A DNA stretch of 64,000 nucleotides from Thermodesulfovibrionia bacterium (lineage in GTDB: Bacteria > Nitrospirota > Thermodesulfovibrionia > UBA6902): positions 139,251-203,250 of the forward strand of contig CAVOUK010000003.1 of the NCBI GenBank assembly GCA_963699585.1. The letters are read 5' to 3'. A model generated the notes under the pieces. It worked only from the letters and a program-made list of their open reading frames with translations, made no database searches and was not told the origin of the DNA. The translations under genes and the position numbers were made by a program. Numbering within the stretch: the stretch's first letter is position 1; every line of letters starts with the position of its first letter. This document shows positions 36,359 through 45,801 of the stretch, in pieces.

Positions 36359-38362
36359 ATGCCTTATAAATCCAAGACAAACGGTTATTTGCAGCTGAAA
36401 AATGAACAATATCGTCAGTTTATTGAACTTTCACCAATTGCAATCGGAGCAATGACCAATGAAAATATATTATTTTTAAACAGTGCCGGGGCAAATCTTT
36501 TTGGCGCAGTAAATCCCGAACAGATTATCGGAAAACCTTTTATTGAATTCCTGCATCCAGACCATCAGGATATCGTCAGGAAACAATTTCATAGCCTCAT
36601 TAATGAAGGCTGTGAATTTCAACCGTTAGAAACAAAACTTCTCCGTTTAGATAAAACTGAACTCGACGTTGAGTTGATGGCAACCCAATTTATCAACGAT
36701 AAAATAACGGCTGTTCAATTTACTCTGTACAACATAACAAAACGTAAGAAATTAGAGTCTGAACTATTTCAGTCTAAACATGATTGGGAAAGCACCTTCC
36801 ACGCAATTACAGATGTAATCACACTGCATGATAAGGATTTCAATATCATTTACGCTAATAAGGCTGCCCAAAAAACACTTAATCTTCCCATGATAAACTC
36901 TGATACAGTAAAAAAATGTTTCAGCTACTATCACGGAACAAAATGCCCTCCAGACGGTTGTCCAAGCTGCAACTGTCTCATAACAGAAGCTCCAGCGACT
37001 TTTGAATTATTTGAGCCTCATTTAAAGATGCATATTGAGATACGTTCAATGCCACGATTTGACAGGGAGAATAAGTTAATCGGTTTAATTCATATAGCAA
37101 GAGACATAACTGAGCGCCAGCGGGTGGACGAAGAGCTCAAAAAAGCCAAAAACGAACTCGAGATGAGGGTAGAAGAACGCACATCCGAACTGATAAAAAT
37201 CAATGATCTGCTTAAAGAAGAAATTGCTGAGCGTAAAATTGCTGTTGAGGCCCTCCAAAAAAGTGAATATAAGTACCGCAACCTTTCTCAGGAATTTAAT
37301 ACCCTGCTTAATTGTATCCCGGACAATCTTATTCTGCTTTCTTCCGACCTGAAAATAATGTGGTACAACAGGGCGGTGTCATCTACATTTGGAAAGTGTG
37401 ATTCTGAACCTGCCGGGCAGTATTGTTATAGTTTATGCTGCAATAATATTTCCCCGTGCGACAACTGTCCGACATTAAAAAGCTTTACTTCAGGGATTGA
37501 GGAGACCTCCGAAATTTCAACTCCTGAAGGCAAGATTTGGGATATTAGGGCCTTTCCGATCAAGGATGACTACGGCAAAGTAAAAAACGTTATTGAATTA
37601 GCGAGAGATGTAACTGAAAAAGTTAATCTGCAGGCAGGCGCAATGCGTTCAAGGCATCTCGCGTCCCTCGGTGAACTTGCCGCCGGTGTGGCCCACGAGA
37701 TCAATAATCCTGTTAACAATATTGTCAATTACGCCCAACTCATTATAGATGAATTCGAAAAAGAACAGAGGGATGCTGAGCTTGCCCAACGAATTATCAA
37801 AGACGGTGACCGGATCGCCACCATAGTCAGAAGCCTGTTATCATTTGCCAGAATCAGAAAAGAAGAAAAAAATTATATATATCTCCATGAGATATTTTCT
37901 GACACTCTCTCTCTTACCTCAGCACAAATTCGAAAAGACGGTATACATTTAAAGGTAAATATTCCTTCAAGTTTTTGCAAAGTGCCTGTACATCCTCAAC
38001 AGATTCAGCAGGTATTCCTTAATATTATAAGCAATGCACGTTATGCCCTGAATCAGAAATATCCCGGAACACACGAAAATAAAATTCTTGAGATCACTTG
38101 TGAAAAAGTGGTCATTAACCACTCTCCTTTTGCCCGTATCGTATTTCATGACCGGGGCACAGGTATATCCTCAAACATTGTGGATAAAGTAATAAATCCC
38201 TTTTTCTCCACAAAAGCCAATCGGATGGGGACAGGTTTAGGGTTAAGCATCAGCCATGGCATCATTACAGAACATGGCGGGAAATTGATCATCAACAGTA
38301 TCGAAGGTGAATATACAAAAGTAATAATTGATTTGCCGACATCAATAATGGAAACAGAATGA
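36359..38362 (+). CDS. multi-PAS sensor histidine kinase
   Basis: 667 aa with three PAS-like modules, two carrying Cys clusters (CPPDGCPSCNC; CCNNISPCDNCP), a coiled coil, H-box AAGVAHEINNP and HATPase GTGLGLSISHGI. Confidence 0.88.
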   Translation: MPYKSKTNGYLQLKNEQYRQFIELSPIAIGAMTNENILFLNSAGANLFGAVNPEQIIGKPFIEFLHPDHQDIVRKQFHSLINEGCEFQPLETKLLRLDKTELDVELMATQFINDKITAVQFTLYNITKRKKLESELFQSKHDWESTFHAITDVITLHDKDFNIIYANKAAQKTLNLPMINSDTVKKCFSYYHGTKCPPDGCPSCNCLITEAPATFELFEPHLKMHIEIRSMPRFDRENKLIGLIHIARDITERQRVDEELKKAKNELEMRVEERTSELIKINDLLKEEIAERKIAVEALQKSEYKYRNLSQEFNTLLNCIPDNLILLSSDLKIMWYNRAVSSTFGKCDSEPAGQYCYSLCCNNISPCDNCPTLKSFTSGIEETSEISTPEGKIWDIRAFPIKDDYGKVKNVIELARDVTEKVNLQAGAMRSRHLASLGELAAGVAHEINNPVNNIVNYAQLIIDEFEKEQRDAELAQRIIKDGDRIATIVRSLLSFARIRKEEKNYIYLHEIFSDTLSLTSAQIRKDGIHLKVNIPSSFCKVPVHPQQIQQVFLNIISNARYALNQKYPGTHENKILEITCEKVVINHSPFARIVFHDRGTGISSNIVDKVINPFFSTKANRMGTGLGLSISHGIITEHGGKLIINSIEGEYTKVIIDLPTSIMETE

Positions 38363-40053
38363 ACGAAAAAATTTTAATAATCGACGACGAAGAAGGCATA
38401 AGATTCACTTTCAATAAATTCCTGTCAGCAAGAGATTATGAAGTCAGCACCGCAAAAGACTTTGACGAGGCGATAAAATATATTTCTGAAAAGGATTTTG
38501 ACGTAATTTTTGCAGACATTATATTAAGAGGGAAAACCGGTATAGATATTTTACGCGAAATAAAGAACAAGAAATTAAATTGTCCGGTAATAATGATTAC
38601 AGGATACCCGAATATTGAGACCGCCTCAGAAGCCATCCGTCTCGGCGCCTTTGACTATATTCCAAAGCCTATACAAAAGGATGCTCTTTTTCATGCTGTT
38701 GACGTCGCTCTGCAGCACAGAGCACTTATAAATGAAAAAGAAAAATATCGTTCAAACCTTGAAGCGATTTTCAGCAGCGTAAGGGATGCCATTATCAGCG
38801 TAGACAGGGATTTACTGATTCTTGAGGTCAATCAGGCGTCTCAGAATATCTGCGGATTGACCCGTGAAGGTATCGGCAAAGGCTTCAGTTTATTCCAAAC
38901 CAGATGCAAAAGGGACTGTCTTCAGTCTCTTAAAGAAACAATCAATACAAAACAATCCGTTGAAATAAATAATCTTGAATGTCTGCTGCAGGGCCGTCCC
39001 GAACAGGTTGTGTCACTCACAACATCCCCTCTTTTAAACCGGCACAATGAATTAGCCGGCGCAATTATGGTCGTCAGGGATGAGACCCGTCTTACCAACC
39101 TTGAAAGAGAACTCAATGAGCGTCAGAACTTCCATAGGATAATAGGAAAGAGCAATAAAATGCAGGAAATATATTCTCTTATTGAGCTGTTATCCAATGT
39201 TGAAACAACTGTTTTAATTACCGGTGAAAGCGGAACAGGCAAGGAATTAATTGCAGAGGCGCTTCATTATAAAGGTAACCGGGGCCTTAATCCGATAGTC
39301 AAGGTAAACTGTTCTGCATTATCAGAGAACCTTCTTGAGAGCGAATTGTTCGGACATATCAGGGGTTCTTTTACCGGTGCAATCAAGGATAAGATCGGCC
39401 GCTTTCAAACAGCGGATAAAGGAACTATTTTTTTAGATGAAATTGCCGATATCTCTCCCAAAATACAGATAAAACTTTTAAGGGTCCTACAGGAGAAGGA
39501 GTTTGAGAGAGTTGGAGATTCAACTACAATAAAGGTTGATGTTCGTGTCATAACTGCAACTAATCAGGACCTTTCAAAAAAGGTCAAACGCGGTGAGTTC
39601 CGGGAGGACCTGTACTACAGACTCAATGTAATGAAAATTCCCATCCCTCCCCTTAGAGAACGCCGTGATGATATACCGTTTTTAATTGAACACTTTATAA
39701 AGAAATTCAACAACAAGTTCAATAAAAAAATTAAAACGATATCTGCGGATGTGGAGAAACTTTTCATGGAATATCCCTGGCCCGGCAATGTCAGAGAACT
39801 TGAACACACGATTGAGCATGGATTCATTCTGTGCAAACAGTCTGCTATAACTCCTGAACATCTGCCTTTTGAATTAAAAACTATTGCGATACAACCCTCC
39901 ATCTCTCATAACAACGGCGAAATTGATGATCCTCAGATAATCATTCAGGCCCTTGAACGGACTGACTGGAACAAGGCCAAAGCTGCTCAATTGTTAGGGA
40001 TCAGCAGACGAACGATCTATCGTAAGATCAAAGAGTATAATATCATTAAATAA
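38359..40053 (+). CDS. sigma-54-dependent response regulator (REC-PAS-AAA+-Fis HTH)
   Basis: 564 aa. ILIIDDEE...FADIIL (REC), Walker A GESGTGKE, GSFTGA, FLDEI and a C-terminal HTH AAQLLGISRRTIYRKI. An ATGA overlap joins it to the kinase gene. Confidence 0.92.
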   Translation: MNEKILIIDDEEGIRFTFNKFLSARDYEVSTAKDFDEAIKYISEKDFDVIFADIILRGKTGIDILREIKNKKLNCPVIMITGYPNIETASEAIRLGAFDYIPKPIQKDALFHAVDVALQHRALINEKEKYRSNLEAIFSSVRDAIISVDRDLLILEVNQASQNICGLTREGIGKGFSLFQTRCKRDCLQSLKETINTKQSVEINNLECLLQGRPEQVVSLTTSPLLNRHNELAGAIMVVRDETRLTNLERELNERQNFHRIIGKSNKMQEIYSLIELLSNVETTVLITGESGTGKELIAEALHYKGNRGLNPIVKVNCSALSENLLESELFGHIRGSFTGAIKDKIGRFQTADKGTIFLDEIADISPKIQIKLLRVLQEKEFERVGDSTTIKVDVRVITATNQDLSKKVKRGEFREDLYYRLNVMKIPIPPLRERRDDIPFLIEHFIKKFNNKFNKKIKTISADVEKLFMEYPWPGNVRELEHTIEHGFILCKQSAITPEHLPFELKTIAIQPSISHNNGEIDDPQIIIQALERTDWNKAKAAQLLGISRRTIYRKIKEYNIIK

Positions 40054-40065
40054 CTGCCTGCCAAA

Positions 40066-40099
40066 GTGCGCCATGTCACACCACAGTGACATATCGCAC
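40066..40099. promoter_or_regulatory. interrupted palindrome, candidate enhancer (UAS) for the adjacent bEBP
   Basis: GTGCG-CC-ATGTCAC-ACCACA-GTGACAT-AT-CGCAC. No T-run follows. Its centre is about 110 nt upstream of the sigma54 promoter at 40188. Confidence 0.35.
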
Positions 40100-40187
40100 A
40101 TGTGTAACACTACTTAACTGCTTACCTTCTCTGTCATAACCAGTGAATTTACAAGCATTTTAAAAACCTTAAGCATCGCTGCTTTGC

Positions 40188-40203
40188 TGGCATATGTTTT
40201 GCT
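40188..40203 (+). promoter_or_regulatory. sigma-54 (-24/-12) promoter TGGCAT-N5-TTGCT
   Basis: Perfect match to TGGCAY-N5-TTGCW, 33 nt upstream of ATG 40236, which has an AGGAG RBS. Confidence 0.7.
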
Positions 40204-40235
40204 CTATATATTCTTAATATATTAAAAGGAGAACT

Positions 40236-40472
40236 ATGCTCACTTCGATAACCAAAAAAAAACTCTGCCCTTTTCTTCTTGAACCTTTTGATAATTGTTA
40301 TTGTGTCAAAATGGACAGTCAGGATATAGAAAGAGCCGTAAATCTTTGCAGTAATAATTTTAGTATCTGTGATATTTACAAAAAATCTAATGGAAACGGC
40401 AAAGACAACGGGAACGGGAACGGTAAAAAAAAGATTTCAACAAATCCTTATATTGCAGTAACCGGGCAATAA
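40236..40472 (+). CDS. 78-aa Cys-rich small protein with Asn-Gly/Lys-rich tail, unknown function
   Basis: MLTSITKKKLCPFLLEPFDNCYCVKMDSQDIERAVNLCSNNFSICDIYKKSNGNGKDNGNGNGKKK... It has a good RBS and is the first gene after the sigma54 promoter. Confidence 0.55.
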   Translation: MLTSITKKKLCPFLLEPFDNCYCVKMDSQDIERAVNLCSNNFSICDIYKKSNGNGKDNGNGNGKKKISTNPYIAVTGQ

Positions 40473-40509
40473 ATAATTTGAAACATATTAATGAAAAAAG
40501 GAAAAAACA

Positions 40510-40995
40510 ATGAACAAAAAATCCATCATAGGGCTCATCATCATCTTTCTTTTTATGGCAGTGCTTGTTACAAACAATGCATTTGCAACTACGCCAATTC
40601 CTTCATTTGATGAAATTTACATGACAAGTCAAAACGGAACTACTGATATTCGTACGACTTATGATCTGAACGAAACTCCATGGCTTTATTTAAAGCTTAC
40701 AGAAAGCAGCCTGAATTTTACAGGGTCCTGGTGGAACGATCCAGATAATGATGTTCATTTTGTAAGTCACGGGCCAACTACCGACCAGAAAATTTGGCTT
40801 TCCTTAGACTGGGGCAATGTCAAGAAAGTCGGGCAATGGGATGTGAATGCATTTTATTCTGCTGCGAACGGTACATATGGATCAGGCGACACCCATTTCA
40901 CGGTTACCCCTGAACCGATAAGTTCTTTACTATTTATAACAGGCGGGGCAACACTGGCGCTCAGACGCTGTTTGAAAAGCGGGAAAAGACAATAA
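40510..40995 (+). CDS. PEP-CTERM sorting-domain secreted protein
   Basis: 161 aa with signal peptide. The C-terminus VTPEPISSLLFITGGATLALRRCLKSGKRQ is PEP motif + TM + basic tail. Confidence 0.8.
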   Translation: MNKKSIIGLIIIFLFMAVLVTNNAFATTPIPSFDEIYMTSQNGTTDIRTTYDLNETPWLYLKLTESSLNFTGSWWNDPDNDVHFVSHGPTTDQKIWLSLDWGNVKKVGQWDVNAFYSAANGTYGSGDTHFTVTPEPISSLLFITGGATLALRRCLKSGKRQ

Positions 40996-41073
40996 CACCC
41001 GCAGGTTACTAAGAAAAGTCAAATATTTCTCATAAACTGGATCGTTAACCTTATAAAGCCTCTTGAAAAAAAC

Positions 41074-41152
41074 GTCATTCCTGTGAAAACGGGAGTTCAG
41101 AGTTTTTTGAAACACATCGAAAAGACTGGATTCCCACTTTCGTGGGAATGAC
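41074..41152. repeat. pair of inverted REP-like units (GTCATTCC-hairpin-GGAxTC)
   Basis: GTCATTCCTGTGAAAACGGGAGTTC (41074-41098) faces GGATTCCCACTTTCGTGGGAATGAC (41128-41152). Each unit contains its own small hairpin. Translation of this element gives the spurious ORF 40930..41154 (SFPRKWESS...). Confidence 0.55.
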
Positions 41153-41189
41153 AAATTCTTCTCTTTTTGATTACTTTTGCAAGAGCCTC

Positions 41190-43083
41190 TTACAGTAAAG
41201 ACTTCCCTTCCATATCAGATGCAGACATCCCAAAACATGATAAAACGGTAGGGGCAATATCCATAAGATTTGGGGTGGGATTGTTTGTTTTAAAATTGGA
41301 AAGAAAGATACCAGGAACAATGGATGGATCAACAATATGATCTCCGCTCCATTTCTTCAAATTATCCGAAAACAATTCTTCAGGTGAACCTCCTACAGCA
41401 GTCTGCCATGAAACCCTGAAACCCTCCTGAAATCCAACGATAATATCAGGAGACTTATCAGCCTCACCTCCGGAATATATATCACTGTTTTTATAGACCT
41501 TCTTTATAGCTCTTTTACCATCTTTGGGGTCTGTTAATTTAGTAAGTTCATCTGCGATCCGGTCTGCAACAGACACCGCATCAGAACCTTTTTCAACAAC
41601 ACCATTTCTCTCCCTTCCTCTTATATTTAAGTAAATGCTGCCGAAACCAAGGGCATAAGCCTTTGTATTTTTCCAGTCAACATACTGAAAGAGACCCCCG
41701 CCGTCTTTGTCATCAGGGGAAGCTTTCCGGGTAAGTGTCATAAGTCCGTTTTGTACCAGCCAGGAATTTATATGTACAGCCCTTCTAAAAGTACTAAATC
41801 CATGGTCCGAAAAGACCATAAGCGCTGTTTTACTGTCAATCTGTCCGATTACTTCTCCAAGGACCTTATCCATTCTGCGATAATAATCATCAATAACATG
41901 ACCGTATTTTTCAGCATATATTTTATTATAAAGAGGGTGCAGAGGGTCCCTGGTAACCCAGAAAATATGCTGTATCCTGTCAATGGAAAAAAAAGTTGCA
42001 GCCAGCAGCCCTTCTTTAAATTTATTAAATTCATGCCAGAGCATTTTTTCCTGTTCATCAATTACTTCATCACACATAGTTATAAACGCCTCTTCATCTA
42101 TTCTCCCTTCCTCAAGGGCCTTGGTATCCTCAGGCATACCCTGCGTATAAAAATATCCCAGATTATCTGCAAGTTCTTTTATATAATCATCAGGGCTTGA
42201 AATGACAAACGCAGGATCTTTTGGATTTACCTGTACTGCTGTCATATATAATTCAAACTCCGGTGCAATCCTGTTTAAATAGAACTTAATAGTTCCTGAT
42301 GTTGTCTTCATCATTCCGAGTTTAAATTTAATGTCAATCCACTCACTCCATTGACCACTGCTTACAATGAGTTTCTTGCCATCCAAATTAATTTCTATCC
42401 TTTCATCATCGGGGAATATCTTTATTGCCATATCTGTTGCTGCAAGTTCTCTTGACATTAATTTTGTAATATTAGGGCCAAATACTTGAGTCTTGATCAT
42501 GTCCTCTTTTATCTGAACTTTTACAACTTTTTCATAACCTTCTGCATTCTTTGGAATATCCTTTGAGGTATAAAAAGCATATTTTCCAAGCCCCCCCTTG
42601 ATATCCGGGACCCCAAGCCCTGCAAATAATTTTGTCTGATTCTGTTTTGGCTGAAATGTCATGGGCCATTTAAGTACAGTTGAGGGTATATTCTGGGCAG
42701 AGGTATGGTCCCAAAAAGAATTTCCATGCATTACAGGCAAAAACATCGCTTCTCTCTTTGCAAAAACATTCTTGGGATTAACTTTAAGTATAGCCAGTTC
42801 AGGCATATAATCAGTCACCCTCCGGTTCAGGAAATCAAATATGCCGTGATATCCGGGATTGTTGCCTGTAGCAATAGAGGCCCAGGCCACAGGGCTCTGT
42901 GCAGGATTACTGGTTGCTAATGGAAAATAATTACCCATCTGGCTAAGCTTTGAAAAATTTGGCAATAGCGCCCTTTTGCATTAAATGACTTACTATCATG
43001 GGATCCAGACCATCCATTCCAAGAAGAATTACCTTGCTGTATTTAGGTGCTCCGACTATTTTTACTGTACTTTCACTTGTCAT
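41190..43083 (-). pseudogene. alkaline-phosphatase superfamily enzyme (type I phosphodiesterase/nucleotide pyrophosphatase family), one frameshift near the 5' end
   Basis: ORF 41190..42965 covers 591 aa. The N-terminal 40 codons MTSESTVKIVGAPKYSKVILLGMDGLDPMIVSHLMQKGA start at ATG 43083 in another frame. One extra nt near 42966 separates ...MQKGA from LPNFSKLSQMG. Confidence 0.8.
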
Positions 43084-43183
43084 TTATGTACCTCGTAATA
43101 TTGTTTTTTAGATTTTATTAGCAAAAATGAGTTAAAATAGAGTGTAAATTATTTTTAGTAATAATGAAACAATATAAATCAAC

Positions 43184-43215
43184 TTGACAATAAAATTTTA
43201 GATTACATATATAAT
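43184..43215 (+). promoter_or_regulatory. possible sigma-70 promoter (TTGACA, then TATATA/TATAAT-like at 18-20 nt)
   Basis: TTGACA at 43184-43189 and AT-rich -10 candidates at 43207-43215, about 50 nt before the rSAM gene. The spacing is ambiguous. Confidence 0.3.
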
Positions 43216-43263
43216 ATATTATATTCTTATAAGATTATAATATATTAAACATATTAGGGGGAA

Positions 43264-44712
43264 GTGATTATGAGCCGTATTTTATTTATAGCACACATCG
43301 ACAGGACCATGCTGTTGAGCGGAGGATTTGTAACTTTTGGCCCAATGTGGCTCTCTGCGGTACTGAAACAGCATGGACATCAGTGTGATATTGCAGGCAT
43401 AAACTATAAAGAAGTTGAAAAAACTTTTCAGGAATTTAAACCTGATATAGTTGCATATACAACATTCAGCGGCGGTCATAAAACATATCTGGACTGGAAC
43501 AGACAGCTTAAGAGTAAATATAAATTCTTTTCCATGTTCGGCGGCCCGCATACTACTTTCTCCCCGGAGATGGTTGAAGAAGAAGGAGTAGATGCAGTCT
43601 GCAGAGGAGAAGGATTTGATGCAATGCTCGAGTTTGTAAATAAACTCGAAAAAGGAGAAGATATAACAAATGTTAAGAACTGGTGGGTAAAAGTCGACGG
43701 GAAAATTTACAAGAATGAACAACGTCCCCTTATCAAAAATCTTGATATTCTTCCCCCTCCTGACAGAAGCCTCTATAACAGATACAAAGATTATCAACTG
43801 GCAAGAACAGCAACAGTAATGACAAGTCAGGGCTGCCCGTTTAATTGCACGTACTGTCATAACCATCAATTGCACAAGATGAGACTAAAGGGGGACCCTA
43901 TTTTCCGTCAGAGAAGTGTGGACCATGTCATTAATGAATTAAAGGAATTAAAGAGAGACTACCCGAAAATCGAATATCTTATATTCAGGGATGAAATTCT
44001 TACTGTAAATAAAAAATGGATAAAAGAATTTTCAGAAAAATATCCCAAAGAGATAGGCATCCCGTTTTACTGTCTCATGAGACCCGAGATTATTAATGCG
44101 GAAGTGATTGACGATCTGATAAAGGCCGGTCTCTATTACATTGGAATAGGGATAGAGTCCGGGAATGACTTTATAAGAACTAAAGTGTTAAACAGGAAAA
44201 TGAGCAAGGAGCAAATTATAAAAGGACTTAAGATATTAAGTGATAAAAATGTAAAATTTTCCCTGTATAATATTGTTGGTGCACCTCATGAAACCATTGA
44301 AACCGCTATGGAAACATGGGCGTTGACTGTACAATGCAAACCGACTTTTTGCGACGCCTTTCTGCTTACCCCTTATCCGAAAACAGAAATATACGACTAT
44401 TCAGTGGCAAACGGCTTTTTTGATCCAAGCATTCAATATCCTGAAACTTACCATGAGAGGATAATTCTCACCTTGAAAGACAGGAGGCAATTAGAAAATT
44501 TCATGCACCTTCTTGGGATTGCTGTAGAATTTCCATCGCTGATGCCTTTAATTAAGAATGTCTTAATAAAACTTCCCTTACGTCCTGTCTATAACAGGAT
44601 CAGAAAGTTCTGGAAAGGGTATGTTTACAGATACCGGATATATCCGTATAAAGTTTCTGCCATTGAAAGTGTCAGGATAATCTATAACGAACTCTTTGTT
44701 TCCAAGGTATAA
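43264..44712 (+). CDS. B12-binding domain radical SAM protein
   Basis: 482 aa with a cobalamin-binding-like N-terminal domain, then SQGCPFNCTYCHN (CxxxCxxC). The start could be ATG 43270. Confidence 0.88.
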   Translation: MIMSRILFIAHIDRTMLLSGGFVTFGPMWLSAVLKQHGHQCDIAGINYKEVEKTFQEFKPDIVAYTTFSGGHKTYLDWNRQLKSKYKFFSMFGGPHTTFSPEMVEEEGVDAVCRGEGFDAMLEFVNKLEKGEDITNVKNWWVKVDGKIYKNEQRPLIKNLDILPPPDRSLYNRYKDYQLARTATVMTSQGCPFNCTYCHNHQLHKMRLKGDPIFRQRSVDHVINELKELKRDYPKIEYLIFRDEILTVNKKWIKEFSEKYPKEIGIPFYCLMRPEIINAEVIDDLIKAGLYYIGIGIESGNDFIRTKVLNRKMSKEQIIKGLKILSDKNVKFSLYNIVGAPHETIETAMETWALTVQCKPTFCDAFLLTPYPKTEIYDYSVANGFFDPSIQYPETYHERIILTLKDRRQLENFMHLLGIAVEFPSLMPLIKNVLIKLPLRPVYNRIRKFWKGYVYRYRIYPYKVSAIESVRIIYNELFVSKV

Positions 44713-44720
44713 CCTAACAT

Positions 44721-45656
44721 ATGCTGATTTCCGTAGTAATCCCTTTGCATAATGAAGAAGAGAATATTGACGAGCTTTATCATGCCCTTAAATCCGTAAT
44801 GGATGCACAGAGCTATGATTATGAACTCCTCTTTATTGATGATGGAAGTACTGATAAAACCCTCCAGCTTCTTGAACCTTTCGGACAGAAAGATCCGAAA
44901 GTAAAATTACTGCGCTTCAGGAGAAACTTCGGAAAAGCGGCTGCATGGGCCGCTGGTTTTGACCATGCAAAAGGTGATGTAATTGTTACAATTGACGGAG
45001 ACCTTCAGAACGATCCAAAAGATATCCCCAAATTAGTCTCTCTGATCGGCGAATATGATGTTGTAAATGGGTGGAGAAAGAAAAGACAGGACCCTTTTAT
45101 CATCAGGAGATTCCCGTCAATTATCGCCAACTGGCTGATCAGCAGTGTCACCGGCGTAAAACTCCGCGATTACGGCTCGGGACTTAAAGCATACAAAGCT
45201 GAGGTAGTGAAAAACATGAACATTTACGGTGAACTGCACCGTTTTATTCCTGCGGTTGCAAGCTGGTATGGAGTAAAAATAAAAGAAATTGAGACCACCC
45301 ATCATCCAAGACGCAGGGGAACGTCGAAATACGGAATTTCACGCACCCTGTTGGTGGTTCTCGACTTAATTACAGTAAAGTTCCTGCAGGGTTATTCCAC
45401 AAAGCCTATGCAGGCTTTTGGCCCGGTAGGACTTACTACAAGCCTTATCGGCCTTATTATAAATCTGTACCTCGCATTTGAGTGGTTTACAGGCCACCCT
45501 ATCGGCACAAGACCGCTACTTCTTCTCGGATCACTGCTTATTATAGTTGGGATCCAGCTTATAGGCATGGGACTTCTTGGAGAGATGCTTGTAAGTTCTT
45601 ATCATGAAAATCAGCGAAAGCCTCTTTATGTTTTAAAGGAACCCGATAAAAAGTAA
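44721..45656 (+). CDS. family 2 glycosyltransferase, polyprenyl-phosphate sugar synthase type (ArnC/GtrB/DPM1-like)
   Basis: 311 aa. ISVVIPLHNEEENI, LFIDDGSTD, TIDGDLQNDP, two C-terminal TM helices. Confidence 0.9.
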   Translation: MLISVVIPLHNEEENIDELYHALKSVMDAQSYDYELLFIDDGSTDKTLQLLEPFGQKDPKVKLLRFRRNFGKAAAWAAGFDHAKGDVIVTIDGDLQNDPKDIPKLVSLIGEYDVVNGWRKKRQDPFIIRRFPSIIANWLISSVTGVKLRDYGSGLKAYKAEVVKNMNIYGELHRFIPAVASWYGVKIKEIETTHHPRRRGTSKYGISRTLLVVLDLITVKFLQGYSTKPMQAFGPVGLTTSLIGLIINLYLAFEWFTGHPIGTRPLLLLGSLLIIVGIQLIGMGLLGEMLVSSYHENQRKPLYVLKEPDKK

Positions 45657-45754
45657 TCTGCCTAATTTTTGTCCTGAACTATACAGTTAGACTTATCGAA
45701 TAATTCAGTCTTTCAAACAACAGGATTAAATCTGCCTTGCAAACATAATAAAAA

Positions 45755-45780
45755 GGGGAGACGACCTAAGTCATCTCCCC
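45755..45780. terminator. bidirectional intrinsic terminator
   Basis: GGGGAGA...TCTCCCC hairpin flanked by AATAAAAA and TTTATAATTT, between convergent genes. Confidence 0.6.
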
Positions 45781-45801
45781 TTTATAATTTCTTATTATTT
45801 A

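Noticed and set aside
40930-41154. 74-aa ORF (MSFPRKWESS...FHRNDVF)
   Set aside because: It is the translation of the REP-like inverted repeat pair, not a gene.
40236-44712. The 78-aa Cys-rich protein as a RiPP precursor for the B12-radical-SAM enzyme
   Set aside because: The two genes are separated by a PEP-CTERM gene, a repeat element and an opposite-strand gene. The rSAM protein shows no SPASM or peptide-recognition features that I can see.
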